From the human T2T-CHM13v2.0 reference genome, Homo sapiens, in the NCBI RefSeq assembly GCF_009914755.1, contig NC_060930.1: a stretch of DNA of 64,000 bases. One strand, written 5' to 3'. Both the position numbers and the translations under genes were made by a program. The notes beneath the pieces are model-generated. The model was not told the DNA's origin. It did no database searches and saw nothing but the letters and a program-made list of their open reading frames with translations. This document shows positions 29,280-43,872 of this stretch, in pieces; the stretch's first letter is position 1, and every line of letters starts with the position of its first letter.

Positions 29280-30300
29280 GGAGAAAAACCCGAGTCTCCC
29301 TCCCAGGTCAGTAATTAGTGCGGCCGGAGGAAGAGCAGCCCCTGGCACAGTCGGGTCCTTAACAGCTCCCGCCCCAGAAGCTGCCTTCGGATGAACAGCC
29401 GGGTGAATCGCCATGAAAAATTAATCAGCCTCTGCCTGTCCGCGGCCTAGATGGGCGCAAAGCAGATGACCTGGCAGGAACCAGCCGCAGTGAAGCCACC
29501 GCAACCGCAGCCGCAGCCGCGGAGGGGAGGCCGTGCACCCGCCCGCCGGGAGAGCCGCGCGCCTGAGCCGGGCGCACGTGGGAAGTGGGCCACGAGACTG
29601 GAGTCCACCGAGATGGAGGCCCCGGCACTCGGGCTCAGGCCTTTGTGCTTAGCACGTACTGTTGGAATCCAGCACGCCCTGCTCCGGCGGGCGCCTCCGA
29701 TCCTGAAGCGCGCACCTGGGAACTCACGCACCGCCCAGCCGCGAGGGGCTTGGCCTGGCTGAAAGCCACATTATTCTCGAAAACAACCGTGGGAAGCACA
29801 CGCTGAGCTCCCGGGGCCCCTAGAGTATGCAAAGAGGCCGGCCCTGCGAGACTAAATAAGTCTCTCCCCCTAGGACCTAGTCCCTTGCCACCGGCTCCCG
29901 CGGCCACCGCGCAGCCAGAGTGCACCGTCCCTAGGGCTTTGGCGGTGGCCAGAGCCAGCAAGTGCGGCGGCCTGGAGCTGGGGTGGTGAGGGCGGATGGC
30001 AGGTTGGAGAAATGCAGCCGAGCCGCAGGTTTCTAGAGGCCTCTACAGCCCCTGCCATCTGGGCACTGCACAGACAGACGCTGCGTGAGACCTGGAGCTC
30101 GCCACCTCCATGCGGCGCTGCCAGCCACTCCGCTGCGGGTGCAGGAGCGTTCCATGTCGGGGACTGAGGGACCAGCGCCGGCTCCCCAGTTTCTCTGCAT
30201 TGTGAAGTCATTTTCTTAAACTCGGGCTTTAAATAACCACCGATGACTTGCCTACGGGCCACGCAGATGCTATACTCTGACCTCGCTGGGATGTGCAGAA
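29280..30300. promoter_or_regulatory. CpG island (promoter- or enhancer-like, no associated gene recognised)
   Basis: Abrupt GC-rich, CpG-dense, repeat-free kilobase with GC-box-like cccgcccc (29368) and E-box cacgtg (29575). Confidence 0.85.
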
Positions 30301-30412
30301 GTATTCTACTGTTTTGCTTTTGAATCAAATTAGGGAGTTTAGAGAAGTTTTAGATTCAGGTCAGGCTTTCCCAGGACCTCCAGGCTGTGGACTGTGCTCG
30401 AGCTTAGGCCAA

Positions 30413-30430
30413 CAGCGCCATCTGGTGGTT
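30413..30430 (-). promoter_or_regulatory. CTCF motif (strong)
   Basis: Minus strand reads aaCCACCAGATGGCGCtg, matching the CTCF core consensus. Confidence 0.7.
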
Positions 30431-31734
30431 ATGATCAGCATGTACCCGCCAATGCCTGCAGACCGGAGAGAGTGATGTAATGGTCCACAATTGTTCCTGA
30501 AGCCAGCTCTGCAGCAGGCCAGATGTTATGGGTGTTTTATACCCCAGTTTTTCGTGTAAGTCACTGAGCGAGGGGGTTTCTTCATAGGACGAATGCTATA
30601 TGCTGTAATGGAAATTCCCCTTTTTGCAATCTATTCTAGAGAGGGTGGATTTGAAGCTAGGGAGACATAGGACATAAAAAATCCAATCTCTTTGACTCCC
30701 AGCCTGACTACCTGACTTTACCAGGTCCCACCAAGACAGGATGTGAATGCATGCCTCTTGATTCCAAGAGGATGTGGAACTGTTTTACATTCCTATGCTG
30801 TCATGGCCTCCACCAGCTCATGCATTCCTTCAGGACTGAAAGCAGACTCCACACTGCCTGAAAAATTCCCGGGACACTGATCCTCACCAGAGTTGCCCCT
30901 CTGTCCCTCAGACGTCCTTTTATTCCCTTACTACCGCAGCCTGTGGCTGGCCTCCCGCCAGGGCGCTCCAGCACCTCGGACCCCTCAGCTGTCTCTCTAC
31001 TCTTTGCCTCTTACCTTGACTTGCCCAGCACCCTGCAGTTGCTTTTCTGTCTTTACCCCATCTGGCCAAGACTAACTAGAGAATGTCACCAAACTATGCC
31101 AATTGGACCAGCTGCAAATTTAGGCTGTGGGACTTCAGATGAGCCCTCACTGCAACTCAGTTTTCAGCATTTGTTGATTCCTGCATTGCAGATATTCCAA
31201 ATGTTTCCTTCCAATTTTTAGCTCTTGCCCTTACAGTATCTCACAATTTGAGAAACAACTTCTACTTTACAGAGTTGAAGTTGGCCTCATGTGAGTTTCC
31301 TCAATGTTGCCTCTTTTGCCCTTAAAATGTTTGTATCACCTTATTTTTTCATTCTACGTTACTTCAACAGGGAAAAATCCTTTGTCTTTCCAAACCAAAT
31401 GCATCTGCTTTTATCTCTAACATAAAATATGAAGCCCAAACAAAGCAGGAAAAAAAAACTCAAAATAGAAGCAAAAGGAAACTTCAAGAAACTATCATTA
31501 ACATTCTCAGAAGAATGAATAAAAAATATTGCACACATGAAAAAAGGATGCCACAAGAAAAGGAATATTCAGGAGGTGGAAAAATCCTATTAGAAATTAA
31601 AAAATATGATAGCAACAATGAAAGTTTCAAGAGAAGAGTTAGAATAGAAATTTAGTGAAGCCTTCCAGAAAGTACAATAAAAAGGCAAAAGGGCAATTTT
31701 TAGAAAGAAGGAAAACTACAACATTAGCCCAAGA

Positions 31735-32790
<1,056 letters not shown>

Positions 32791-32959
32791 TTTATACCTT
32801 GTGATTCAGGGTTCTCAGCAACCCATGCCATGAGGAATCCTCCTCATCAGAGTTAAAGCCATAGGTCACACACTGCCTTGCAGGCTGTTTTAAAGTGGGT
32901 GGAAGGCGAGGATGCCCTGTCAGCCCTGAGGATTTAAAGCCATGTTCTACAGAAGCCTT

Positions 32960-33225
32960 ACCACATGTGACTGTTCAGACCTAGATCTGGCTCATTTGAT
33001 GCAGTTGTGCTGCCAGTGTAAACTACACATCAGATTTCACATAAAAAACAATGTCAAGTACGTCATTAATCATTGCATTATGTTGAATACATGTTGCAGT
33101 GATGTTTTGGATTTACTTGGTTAAATAACGTTTTATTAAAATTAAGTTTACCAGTTTCTTTTTGCTTTTTAAAAATGTGGCTACTAGAACATTTTTAAAA
33201 TGTGGCTCCCGTTGTATTGTGATCC
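32960..33225 (-). mobile_element. MER33 (hAT-Charlie)
   Basis: ttttattaaaattaagtttaccagtttctttttgctttttaaaaatgtggctactagaac is reverse MER33. Confidence 0.75.
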
Positions 33226-33294
33226 AAGAATCCTGGTCTAAAAGAGATTTATTATGGAACCAGTCACCAACCTAGTGATTTGTAGGTTTTATTT

Positions 33295-33855
33295 CTTGCT
33301 CTTCCATGACAAGGTGTCAGGGCAGCAGGCCTGGCCATGGCTGGATTCATCCATTTCCAAAGAAGAAAGCAGACACCACTGTAGGTATTTCAAAGCGGAA
33401 GAGATTTCATATAGGAAATCTGGTTACCAAATTCTTATTAAAACTGGAAAAACAAGGAAAATGTGGTGTTTCCAGAAATCCTGAACTGCAGAAAGCTGCT
33501 ACCTCTTTTACAGGATCCAGTGCTCAGGTGAGCCCATACAACCCGGTCCCTGCACTGTTGCTCGGCAGCTCCAAGGCTTTGCAGTCATGTGCTGGCAACC
33601 CAGGCAGGAGCCTATAGCTGCTGTTGTTAGTGAAGACACACTGGCACGGTCGCAGGAGCCAACAGTCACCTTCTATGCTGAGCGGGAGTCACTGACATTT
33701 GCTAAGAGAGGGCCTACCAGAAAAATAATGGTTTCTATCTTCTAGACTTTCTAATTGCTGGGAATTCCTCCAGGTGGCGGACCTAACCGGAACCCAGGTG
33801 GGAAGAGGGTTTGTTAAATGCAGTTTGCAATCTTCCAGCCCTGATGGTAAAAAGG
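33295..33855 (-). mobile_element. LTR33/ERVL-like LTR relic
   Basis: ctaaccggaacccaggtgggaagagggtttg...aatgcagtttgcaatcttccagcc. Confidence 0.5.
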
Positions 33856-35483
33856 AGAGGGTAGTAGGGCAAGCCACAAAAGCCTTCTAAAGAATCTCTC
33901 CTAAAAGATGAAATGGGTAAATGGAGCTGAATGTACTGAGAGGAAAGCATCTGGGAAAATGGGAATGAATTATTGATAATGATACAAACTAAGAGAGCAA
34001 TAAAAATGGAAAAAAGTCAATTATAAACTCTGGGAAAACAAAAGTCTTACAAATAAGGAAACAATCACAGTACACCACTTGGTTGTGTTGTGAACAATGT
34101 TTCTACGGTCATAATAATATTAATTCTGAATATTCGTTTACCAGCTATTAAGTATAATTTTATTGGGGTGATGGGTCAAGTAGGAGAGGGTATGTGCGGG
34201 AGGTAGGGCAAGTTGAGATCTAGGAAGTCAACACATTAGTTCACACCTAGCTGGGAGAGAATCAAGAAATCACAGCTTAGGTGTTTTTTTGCTTTTAATG
34301 TTTGCAAGTGTATCCTAAAGAAAACAGCTGACCAGTTAAAACAGGGAGTGAGGATCTGGAAGGAGGCAGGAGACAGGGCTCTACAGTTTGAGGTTTTAAA
34401 ACGTAGGGAGTTATATAATTGCTTTTAATGATGTACATGTAAACCTATGCCTCACATTCAATAAATATAAACTTATATACAAATGTTTCTACAAATTATT
34501 GTATATAAAATTCAAGAAACTTTTTACTTCATAAATGAGAAAAACTCTCACTCCCTAAAATCTTCCACTTCTCATAAAACATTGATTATATACCCAAATT
34601 TATAGTAATGAAAAGAACATGTCATTACTGTCAGGGTAAAGCAAAGCTTGACAGCACTGAGCGGTATGATTTATTTATGGAAGGAAGAGTTGACTGAGCA
34701 AGAAGCTAACTGCGATCATCTTTAGCCATTTTCTTTACCATAAATTTAAGTCCACTTATTCTTTGGGTGAGCAGTTGTGGTTACCAACACTGTTTTGAAA
34801 GGATACATGGATGGTGTCATTTCAATCTGTCAGCCATGCCACGATTGGTAGTTAGGTGACGCTGAAATCTGTGTTAACTCTTTGAAGCTAAATGGTATCT
34901 CAACAGAGAACTTACTGCTCACCAAATGCCTCACCTCCTGCAGTTGAGTAGGGCCATGTGACTTATCCTAGGCAACACACAGTGAGCGAAGTGATGTGTG
35001 TCCATTCTGAGCTAAAGCATTTTAGAGCCAGTGCCCAACTTTTCAGCTCTGTCCCCAGAGCCACGGTGATTGTTGAGACGAGAGTCTGCTATGTTGAGGA
35101 GAATCACGAGGTGGTGACAGCACCTTGAATTGTTGAGGTACCACATGGGGGAAGGTTACACTAGGAGTCACCCATCATTCACTGAACTTTGGGTGGTTGA
35201 AAAATAAATGGTTATTGCTTTAAAGCCTTGAGATTTGGGCATGTGTGTTACTAAAATATAAGGCATCCTATCCTGACACATTTCCTTGTGTTGTTTTGCT
35301 TATAGTGTGTCATTTTAGTATGTGCTATTTATGGAAATCCCTTTACTAATTCACCATCATAAACCCATCGCCAAGCATATGTAGGCCATGATTCTAATAA
35401 GAGCAATGGGTTTTGCTGAGTTCTACCCACTCTGTTACCCTGGGCTGTTAAGAACATTTACTTTAAGGCGATTGTGAACAGGG

Positions 35484-35835
35484 TGTCTTAGTTCAGGCTA
35501 GTTTAACAAAGAACCCTAAAGTAGTTGCCATGAACAACAGAAACTTATTTCTCACAGTTCTGGGGTGTGGAAGTCTGAAGTCAGGATGCCAGCATGGTTG
35601 GGTTCTGGGTAGGGCTCTCTTGTGGGTTGCAGATGACCAACTTCTCCTAGTTCCCTCACATAGCCAAAAGAGGACGAGAGGTTTCCGGGGTTCCTTTTAT
35701 AGGGACACTAATCCCATTCACGAAAGCTCCACCCTATTTACCTCCCAAAGGCCTCTCCTCCTAAGGCCATCATATTGGGGGTGAGGATTTCAACATACGG
35801 ATTTCAAGCTGGGGGGATGCAAACAATCCATAACA
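35484..35835 (-). mobile_element. MLT1A-like MaLR solo LTR
   Basis: tgtcttagttcaggct...aacaacagaaacttatttctcacagttctgg...gtgaggatttcaacata...ccataaca. Confidence 0.85.
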
Positions 35836-36170
35836 GAGAGGGAGGTATCCTGCGTGGTCACGTAACAAATCTTTTCTCCGTGTGAAGTTAATTCTTCAAG
35901 GGAGGTGAACCCACAACGAAATAGCCATTATGTTTTCACTAACGGAAATAACTCACAGAGGAAACAGAATGAAAGGGGTTAGGCTGTTTAGACTGTGTCA
36001 GACCTTTCATTCAGTCAATCAATAATAATCGGAAGGCTGCTGAGGTCGATGTACTGTGCCAAGTACAGCATGAGACAGAAAATGAATGGGAAATACATTT
36101 AATTTCTCCTATGCAGGAAAGAACAGCCATGGGCAAGCAAAGCTAAACATATCTGCAAAAGTCACAGCTT

Positions 36171-36275
36171 AGGGCATGAACCCAGGAGGTGGAGCTTGCA
36201 GTGAGCTGAGATCGCGCCACTGCATTCCAGCCTGGGCGACAGAGCCAGACTCCGTCTCAAAAAAAAAAAAAAAAA
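36171..36275 (+). mobile_element. Severely 5'-truncated AluY-like element
   Basis: ggagcttgcagtgagc and gatcgcgccactg diagnostics; TSD aaaagtcacagctta on both sides. Confidence 0.9.
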
Positions 36276-36553
36276 GTCACAGCTTAACACATACACAATA
36301 ATATTCTTCAAATGTCATTCTTGTGGTGAGGTCAAGGAAGAAAGGGGACTGGAGAAGTTACTAGGCAGGAGAAGTCATGGGAATGGTGTTCCAAGCTGGG
36401 CTTAGTAGGAGTCAAAGGACAAGTTTTAGTAGAAAGAGAAGAGAATGGACAGCATATGAAAATATGGACACACAGGACAGCAAAGGGAAGGGCCTGAAAT
36501 ATGCCAAAGGCAAGAATGGGCATGGATGGAGCAAGAGGAATTTAAAAAATGAA

Positions 36554-37128
<575 letters not shown>

Positions 37129-37619
37129 CTGCGGTAGGGAGAAATTAGGGAGGGGCCTTGAAGTCCAGATGAGAACCATTTAAGAGAATTGTGTAGAGCT
37201 TTATATAAAATGATCTGGGAAAGAGAAAGGTTATAGAGGTGGAGAAAGAAGGCCAGACAGGATTTAAGGCAACAATTCAACAATGAAATTAAGAATGGGG
37301 GTAGTGGCTTGGGGTTTGGAAGAGCAGGAGAAAGTCCAAAGGAAAACTCAAAAGGATCTGAAGATGGATGAGAGAGGAGGGTTTGAGAAAAGAGTGGAGA
37401 CATGACTGACCCCACATTTTCAAGCATGGAGAAGTTGAAAGGGGGCTGCTTTGTGGTAACTAAGAAGCTTCCAAATTCAACAATATATTTCCCTATAGTC
37501 GCAGGGAAAGGAACAAATTAGACGCAAAGAAGACATAGAAAAGAACAAGTAGAGAGGACAATGACCCTAATCTCTTAGCTTTTTGAGGCCAATGATCACA
37601 TTTACTTATGTTAGTATCC

Positions 37620-38525
37620 TCTTCATGTGCCTAATATGAGGATGAGTACCTGGAACCAACTAAAAATAGTTACTGAGGAAGAGAATAGGTTAACTCGAAA
37701 TGATTTCGCTTTCCTGTACAACAGAGATGTTAGCGTGATCCAAAAACCTTCCACTACACACTGCAGAGGTTGAGGTCTACATTCCAGAATCACTGAAGGA
37801 TTTCTCAGAAGAAAGCTAAGTGGGGAAGGAACCAGGTTCACTGATATTGAGTTCATAATAATAACCTTGGGCATCAGAGAGAAATTGTGATTCATGGTTA
37901 AATCGTCTCCAATATAATTAACTGGATACAGGTCTGAGTCCTGGACAACAGGGATGTAAATAAGACTGAAAGAGAGCTGCATCATCACTACTACTGTGGA
38001 GCAGAAGTGTAGACAGTGACATCCATGAAACTCTGGCGGCTCAAGTTTTGGGTTGGCCACCATGGAGGCAGAAAGAGCTACTGCACACAGCAGTGCAAGG
38101 CTGGGTTGCAATGTGCTGGCTGCTGGGAAGCACAACATGGAGGCTGCAGCCCATCGTGGCAGTGTACAGATTATTGAAATAATTTTATTCATAAGCACAT
38201 TTGAAAATGCTCCCACCACCTCCCAGAAGTACTTGAAGCAGTGGAAAATATTGCAGTGAGCTGAGGTCTGAGCGTCAATAAACCAAGACCTGTCAGACTC
38301 AGCTGAGATACAATCAGGGCCTTTGCCCAAAGTTCATGAGACTGTGAAGGACAGCACCCAAGCTGGTGCAAATTGCAAATATTTGAGGGTGCATTCCAGC
38401 CAAGAGGGGCCATAACTGATTGGGGAAAGTGGAAAGGGTACAGCAGTAGCCATCCAAAGCTTCTGATCAATAAAATGTAACCCGTATGTTATGTACCAGT
38501 TTCTTGCTGTAATAAAAAGAAATCT
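37620..38525. other. Unassigned coding-like or retro-derived segment carrying the longest ORF in the window (37623-38330, minus)
   Basis: About 236 stop-free codons on the minus strand; the plus strand ends in two AATAAA (38469, 38511); weak colinear resemblance to RTE-clade endonuclease motifs. Confidence 0.3.
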
Positions 38526-40305
38526 GCAAGAGGATGGTAAACAATTAACTGTACCACACAGAAACTGTTGTAGAGACATCCACCCCCTGCCCAAACCTGC
38601 CTTGCCCTTTCCTGCCTGTGCCTGCTCGCTGCCCAATCTCTGCATCCTCTGTAGCAGCAGAGCCTCTATTTTGTTCTGGTGGTAATGCGCGCATCTAGTC
38701 CTTTCAGCTTGTGTGGGTGGGGAAGACCACACAGCACATCTCTGCGAGAAGTCTCCAGGTGATGCTTCTCTCTACAGAGGCTTTCTAAAAGGGGGCAGAC
38801 TCCACTGGTCTGTGCCTTGGCCCGTTGTGCCCTGCTTCTTCTAGCATGGAATGGAGGCTCCCCTGCTAGGCTGGGGTTACTGGCCCTTTTGTGAACATGA
38901 GGCTATACACTTTTAGGACGAAAGCCTCATACCTAGGAGGGATGAGCAGAAAGGTAAAAGGAGACTAGTGCCCCGATGGCATCATGGAGCCACTATACCA
39001 ATCCTGGGTTTCCTACCTCAAGATGCTGGCTTATGAGAGAAAAATAATCCTCCAATCAGGGTAAGCCACCATGCCGGGCTTGTCACTTGTAGCCAATGCT
39101 GTTACTGCCTTTGCACCTTTGCTCAAGACATTACCCATCTGAATGGCTCTTTTCTCTCTTCTCAGCTTAACAAATTTGTCTCCCACTACAAAACATGCCT
39201 CTCTACTCCCCTAAATCTAGAGTTGACTCTTTTTTTGTACATGACCCCCCTGCAACTAACACTGTAAGATTCTGGTGACAGAGACCAAGGCTCATGCTCT
39301 TTAAGCTTCCACACAATCATTGCTCTTGGTAGAACATGGTTCCCACTGAGTGCTTCCCTGAAAAATGTAATTCCACAATACTTTTGCATTAAAGTTCATG
39401 AACTATTTGGTCTGAGCTTCAAACTTATAGTGCACAAATCATGATTCATTCAGCAGAATAACTCCAGACTCCAGCCCACACACGGACGCAGCCTGCTACT
39501 CCCATGCTGTTAGAAAACACCAGTTCTGGGGGTTCCTCTCTGTGAGCACTCCTAACTGTTCCTGAGGAAACTTTGAGTGACTCATAGTCTCCCTTCTAAC
39601 ATCGCCACCTCTCTGTGCTCTGGCAGGTCCATCTGGCTTTCTATGGCCAAAATAGCATCCTGGGATGACTGTCCCAGAATGTACCAAAATAGGTAAAGGG
39701 AGAATTGTGCCTTCAGAGGCATTTGGATGATTGTCCGAAACAGAAAATAATAAGAGTTCTTTTCTGGGCCAGATCCTTTATTTGCCCTATGTACTAAAGC
39801 AGGTTTCCCCCCTCCATCCCATCTGCCCCTTCCTCGGTCCTTTGCAATGCATTATTTCCAACAACAGTAAGCTCTGCCATATGGCCAATAAATATATTGC
39901 TCAAGAACGTCAGTGTATTTCATCAGATGTTCTTCTCCAAAGTTAGAAGGATTGCCACAGTGAACTGGGTGAAGTAGATAGCTCTAATCTGCAACAGCAC
40001 TATTTCATTTATTCTGATTTCTACCATGTTGCCTAACTGTGGAAAATTATCCCAGTACCCCAGGGTCTGTGTGTGCCCAGTCAGACCAGTGCTGCAGCAG
40101 TTCACACAGATCCCAGGTGCTGTGGACGAACTAAGCCAAAGAAACCTGCCCTTTGAATCACCCTGGTTGCTCCAGCCTACTACCTCTACATGTGGGCTCA
40201 AGTGGGAGCTGCCATGAAAAGGTCTCTCAATTTCTCCTTATCTGGCTCTCCCACAGGTGGCTCTAATTCCAGGAGCCTTGTGGGAAGCTGCAGACCAGCC
40301 AGGGA

Positions 40306-40322
40306 GCCACTAGAGGGCCCCC
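40306..40322 (+). promoter_or_regulatory. CTCF-like motif
   Basis: gCCACTAGAGGGCcc core. Confidence 0.45.
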
Positions 40323-40749
40323 TACTAACATCTGCCTGAGCCAGGGGGCTCAGTCCCTCATGTTTTCTGGTATATTCCACACAACTTATCAAACTGCTTA
40401 CTTTCTTCCATAAAGATTTGGAATACAATAACGATGTCACAGATGTCAAGCGAGGAGAAACTGTTTTTCGTTCATTAACTTCTGGAAAGAAAAGAAATTT
40501 AACTTTGGCCAGGAGTGCCCGACTGGGATCGGCGGCACGGCCACAGGGGCACCCTGTGGCTAAACCCCTCATGGAAGGCACTGGAAAGATCCTCTACCCC
40601 CAAACGCAGGGTTTAGGGCATCGTCTGTCCTTGCAGAAGCAGGAATCTTGTTAGAGTTACCCAAATACAACATTTCAGTAGGAAAGGCTGGGTGTTCTTG
40701 CTTTTTAATTAAAAATTTTATTGAGATAATTGTAGATCCACATACGTTT

Positions 40750-40891
40750 ATAACAAAGAAATCAATAGAGAGTGTTACTAATCAATACTTACTTGCTTTA
40801 CGGATTATTAGTCAATAACCATAAGAAAGAAATCAATAGAGATTGTTACTAATCAATACTTACTTGCTTTATGGATTATTAGTCAATAACC
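40750..40891 (+). repeat. Tandem duplication, 2x71 bp
   Basis: Units 40750-40820 and 40821-40891, 3 mismatches. Confidence 0.92.
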
Positions 40892-43194
40892 AAGAGTCTC
40901 ATATGCGCTTTATGCAGCTTCCTCCAAAGTAACATTTTTCAAAACTATGACAACCAAGATACAATCTACTAATCAGATTTAGATTTCCCTAGTTTTACTG
41001 TTACTCGTGTGTGTGGGGGGTATGTATAGTTCCATACATTTTTATCATCTGTGGATTCACGCATCTGGCACCAGTCAGGATACTGAACACTTCCACCTCC
41101 ACAAGGATCCCCGAAGCTGCCCTTTCATAACCACAACCCCTCCCTCCCACGTCTTCACCCTAACCCAAGCCTCTGGCACACACCAATTTCTCCTCCACTT
41201 CTAAAATTTCATCATTTCAAAACTATTATAAAAATGGCATAATATAGGCTGTTACTTTTCAGGATTACCTTTTTACTCCCCATAACTCCCTGCAGAGTCA
41301 TCCAAGTTCGTACAAGTTGATTCATGCATCGATAATTCATTCCTTTGTGCTTGCATGCACTTCAGCGCATTTAACCATTCACCTGTCAAAGTCTATCTGG
41401 GCTGATTCAAGATTTGACGGTTAAGCAAAACTGCTATTGAACATTTGGGTGATGTTTTTAGCACTGATGGCGAATGACGTTGAACATGTCCGTATCCTTA
41501 CTTTCTAAGTGTATTTTCTCTGTGAAATATCTCTTCATGTCTGTGCACATTTTCTAACTAAATTGATGTTTCACTGTTGAGTTTTGTGAGTTCTTTATGT
41601 TTGGATACTAACACTTTGTTAGATATGTGGTTTGCAAATTTTTTGTCTACAGCTTGTCTTTTCATCCTCTTCACATGGACTTTCATAGAGCAAGTTTTCT
41701 ATTTTGATGAGGTCTAGTGTGTCAATTTTTCCATCCATGGATTGTGCTTGTGGTAGCAAGCTCAAGTACTGAAAATTTTATCTAATTTTTTTTCTGAAAA
41801 TTTTGTAGTTTTACATTTACCTCTAAGACCATGATCCATTGTGAGAATGTTTACATAAGGTGTGAGCTTTAGGTCAAAGTTTATTTTTATCTACTGATGT
41901 CCAATTGCTCCAGCACCATTTACTGAAAAGCTATCCTTTCTTCAGTAAATTGCTCTTGTACCTTTGTCAAAAACCACTTGGGCAGATTTGTGTGGATCTA
42001 TTTCCAGGTTTTCTGTCCTGCTCCTTTAATCAATATGTCTGTTCTTCCACCAATAGCACAGTCGTAATTACCATAGCTATACAGTAACACTATCAGACAG
42101 ACTGAGTCCTCCTCTGTATTGTTGTCAAGATTGTTTTACCTATTCTGGAGTCTGTTTTTCCATACGCATTTTAGAATAAGCTTGTTTGTTTCTATTAAAA
42201 AATTATCTTGCTGAATTTGACAGGGATTCTATTAAAACTACAGATCAATTTAGGTAGAATTAACATCTTACCATGCTTAACTTTTCAGTCCATGAACTTC
42301 TTTGCTTTTTTTCATCAGTGTGTTCTATTTTTCAGCCTACAGATCCTGTACATATTTTGTTACATTTATACCTAGCATTTCATTTTCTTCAGAACGATTG
42401 TAAATGGTATTGCTTTTAAGTTCAGTTTGTAAGTGTTCATTGCTAGTATATAGAAAATTGATTAATTTTTGTGTTATCTTCCATCCCATGGCCTGAACTC
42501 ACTTATTCATCTTAGGAGTTTGGTTCTTGTAGATTCCCTGAGATTTTCTACATAGACAATTATGCCAGCTGCAATTAAAGACAGTTTCATCTTTTCCATT
42601 TTTACTCCTTATCCTTCATTTTCTTATCTCATTTCAGTGGCTAGAACTCTCACCATTATGTTGAATAAGATAAATAAAAGCAGACACTCGACCTTTTCCT
42701 GATCTTAGAAAGTATGATGTTAGCCATAGGTTTTTCATAGATTCTCTTTATCAAGTTGAAATACTTCAACTTTATTCCTAACTTGCTAAGAGTTTTTATC
42801 AACTTGCTAAGAGCTGGGATTTGTCAAATGCTTTTTCTATATGAATTGATATGATTGTATGATTTTTGATTATAATAGAATAGATTACATTGATTGACTC
42901 TCAAATATTGAAACAGCTTCACACACCTGAAATGAACCCCACCTTGGTCATGGCATTTAATTCCTTTTATACATCATTGGGTTCAGTTTCCTAATACTTT
43001 GTTGAGGATTTTCACATCTAAGTTTATGAGAAATATTGCTTTGTAGTTTCTTTTTGTATTGACTGTCTGGTTTGGGTATCAGTTAATACTGGCCTCAAAA
43101 GATGAGTTGGGAAGTATTCCCTTCTCTTCTGTTTTCTGGAAGAGATTATGTAAAATAGGTGTTAATTCTTTAGTTGGTTTGTAAAGTTCTTCAG

Positions 43195-43770
43195 TGTAGA
43201 GAAAATAGCATAGCAGATCTGGAACTGCCGTCCTTACAAAGGGTCTCTTGCAAGGTTTACCCTTGGCTGGTATGAGAGAATGTGGCTGGAAAGGTAGTTC
43301 CCTATGGTGATGTAACACTTTCCCTAAATGATAAGAGTGACTCATTGTACCTAGACTGCTAGCATAATGTGATTATGCTGAACTACTGCTTTCCTTGTGA
43401 GTGTCTGGAGTGTCAGTGATGTCAGTCAGTCACACAGGCACTACGGGCCCTACATGCCCAATGGTTAGGAAAAACCCTCGAACCCAAGGCTCAGGTGAGC
43501 TTCCCTGACAGGCAACTCTTCACACATACTGGTGCAGCTCGTTGCTGGAGAAACTCAGAATGTCCTGTTTGACTCCACTGGGAGGTGACTCAAACACCTG
43601 CACCTTGTGTCTCCCAGACTTTGTCCAGCGTGCCTTTCCCTTTGCCAACCCCACCCTGTATCTTTGCACCGTTAATAAATCTCAGACATGCATGAGGCAA
43701 CATGCAGGACCCTGGGAGCCCTCCTAGTGAATCACTGAACCTGATGATTGTCTTGGGGACCCCCCACAGA
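43195..43770 (+). mobile_element. MER77/MER68-type ERVL solo LTR
   Basis: tgtagagaaaatagcatagcag...cttgcaaggtttacccttggctgg start; cctagtgaatcactgaacctg...gtcttggggacccccc end; TSD-like t(t/g)cag. Confidence 0.8.
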
Positions 43771-43872
43771 TGCAGTGAAACTATCTGGGCCCAGACATTT
43801 CTTTTTCAGGATGATTTAATTACAAATTCAATTAGAAGTTGTTAATGGTTATAGGGATATTCGGATTATTTA

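Noticed and set aside
29451-29762. 103-aa ATG-initiated ORF in the CpG island, and overlapping ORFs on both strands
   Set aside because: Pro/Arg/Ala-rich composition is expected from GC-rich DNA with few stops; no homology recognised.
37623-38330. Reading the 235-aa ORF as a GPCR or transporter (IICTLP, VANPKL resemble TM6/TM7 motifs)
   Set aside because: No DRY motif, no complete NPxxY or CWxP, and wrong overall layout. I could produce equally weak matches to unrelated proteins, so none is credible without a search.
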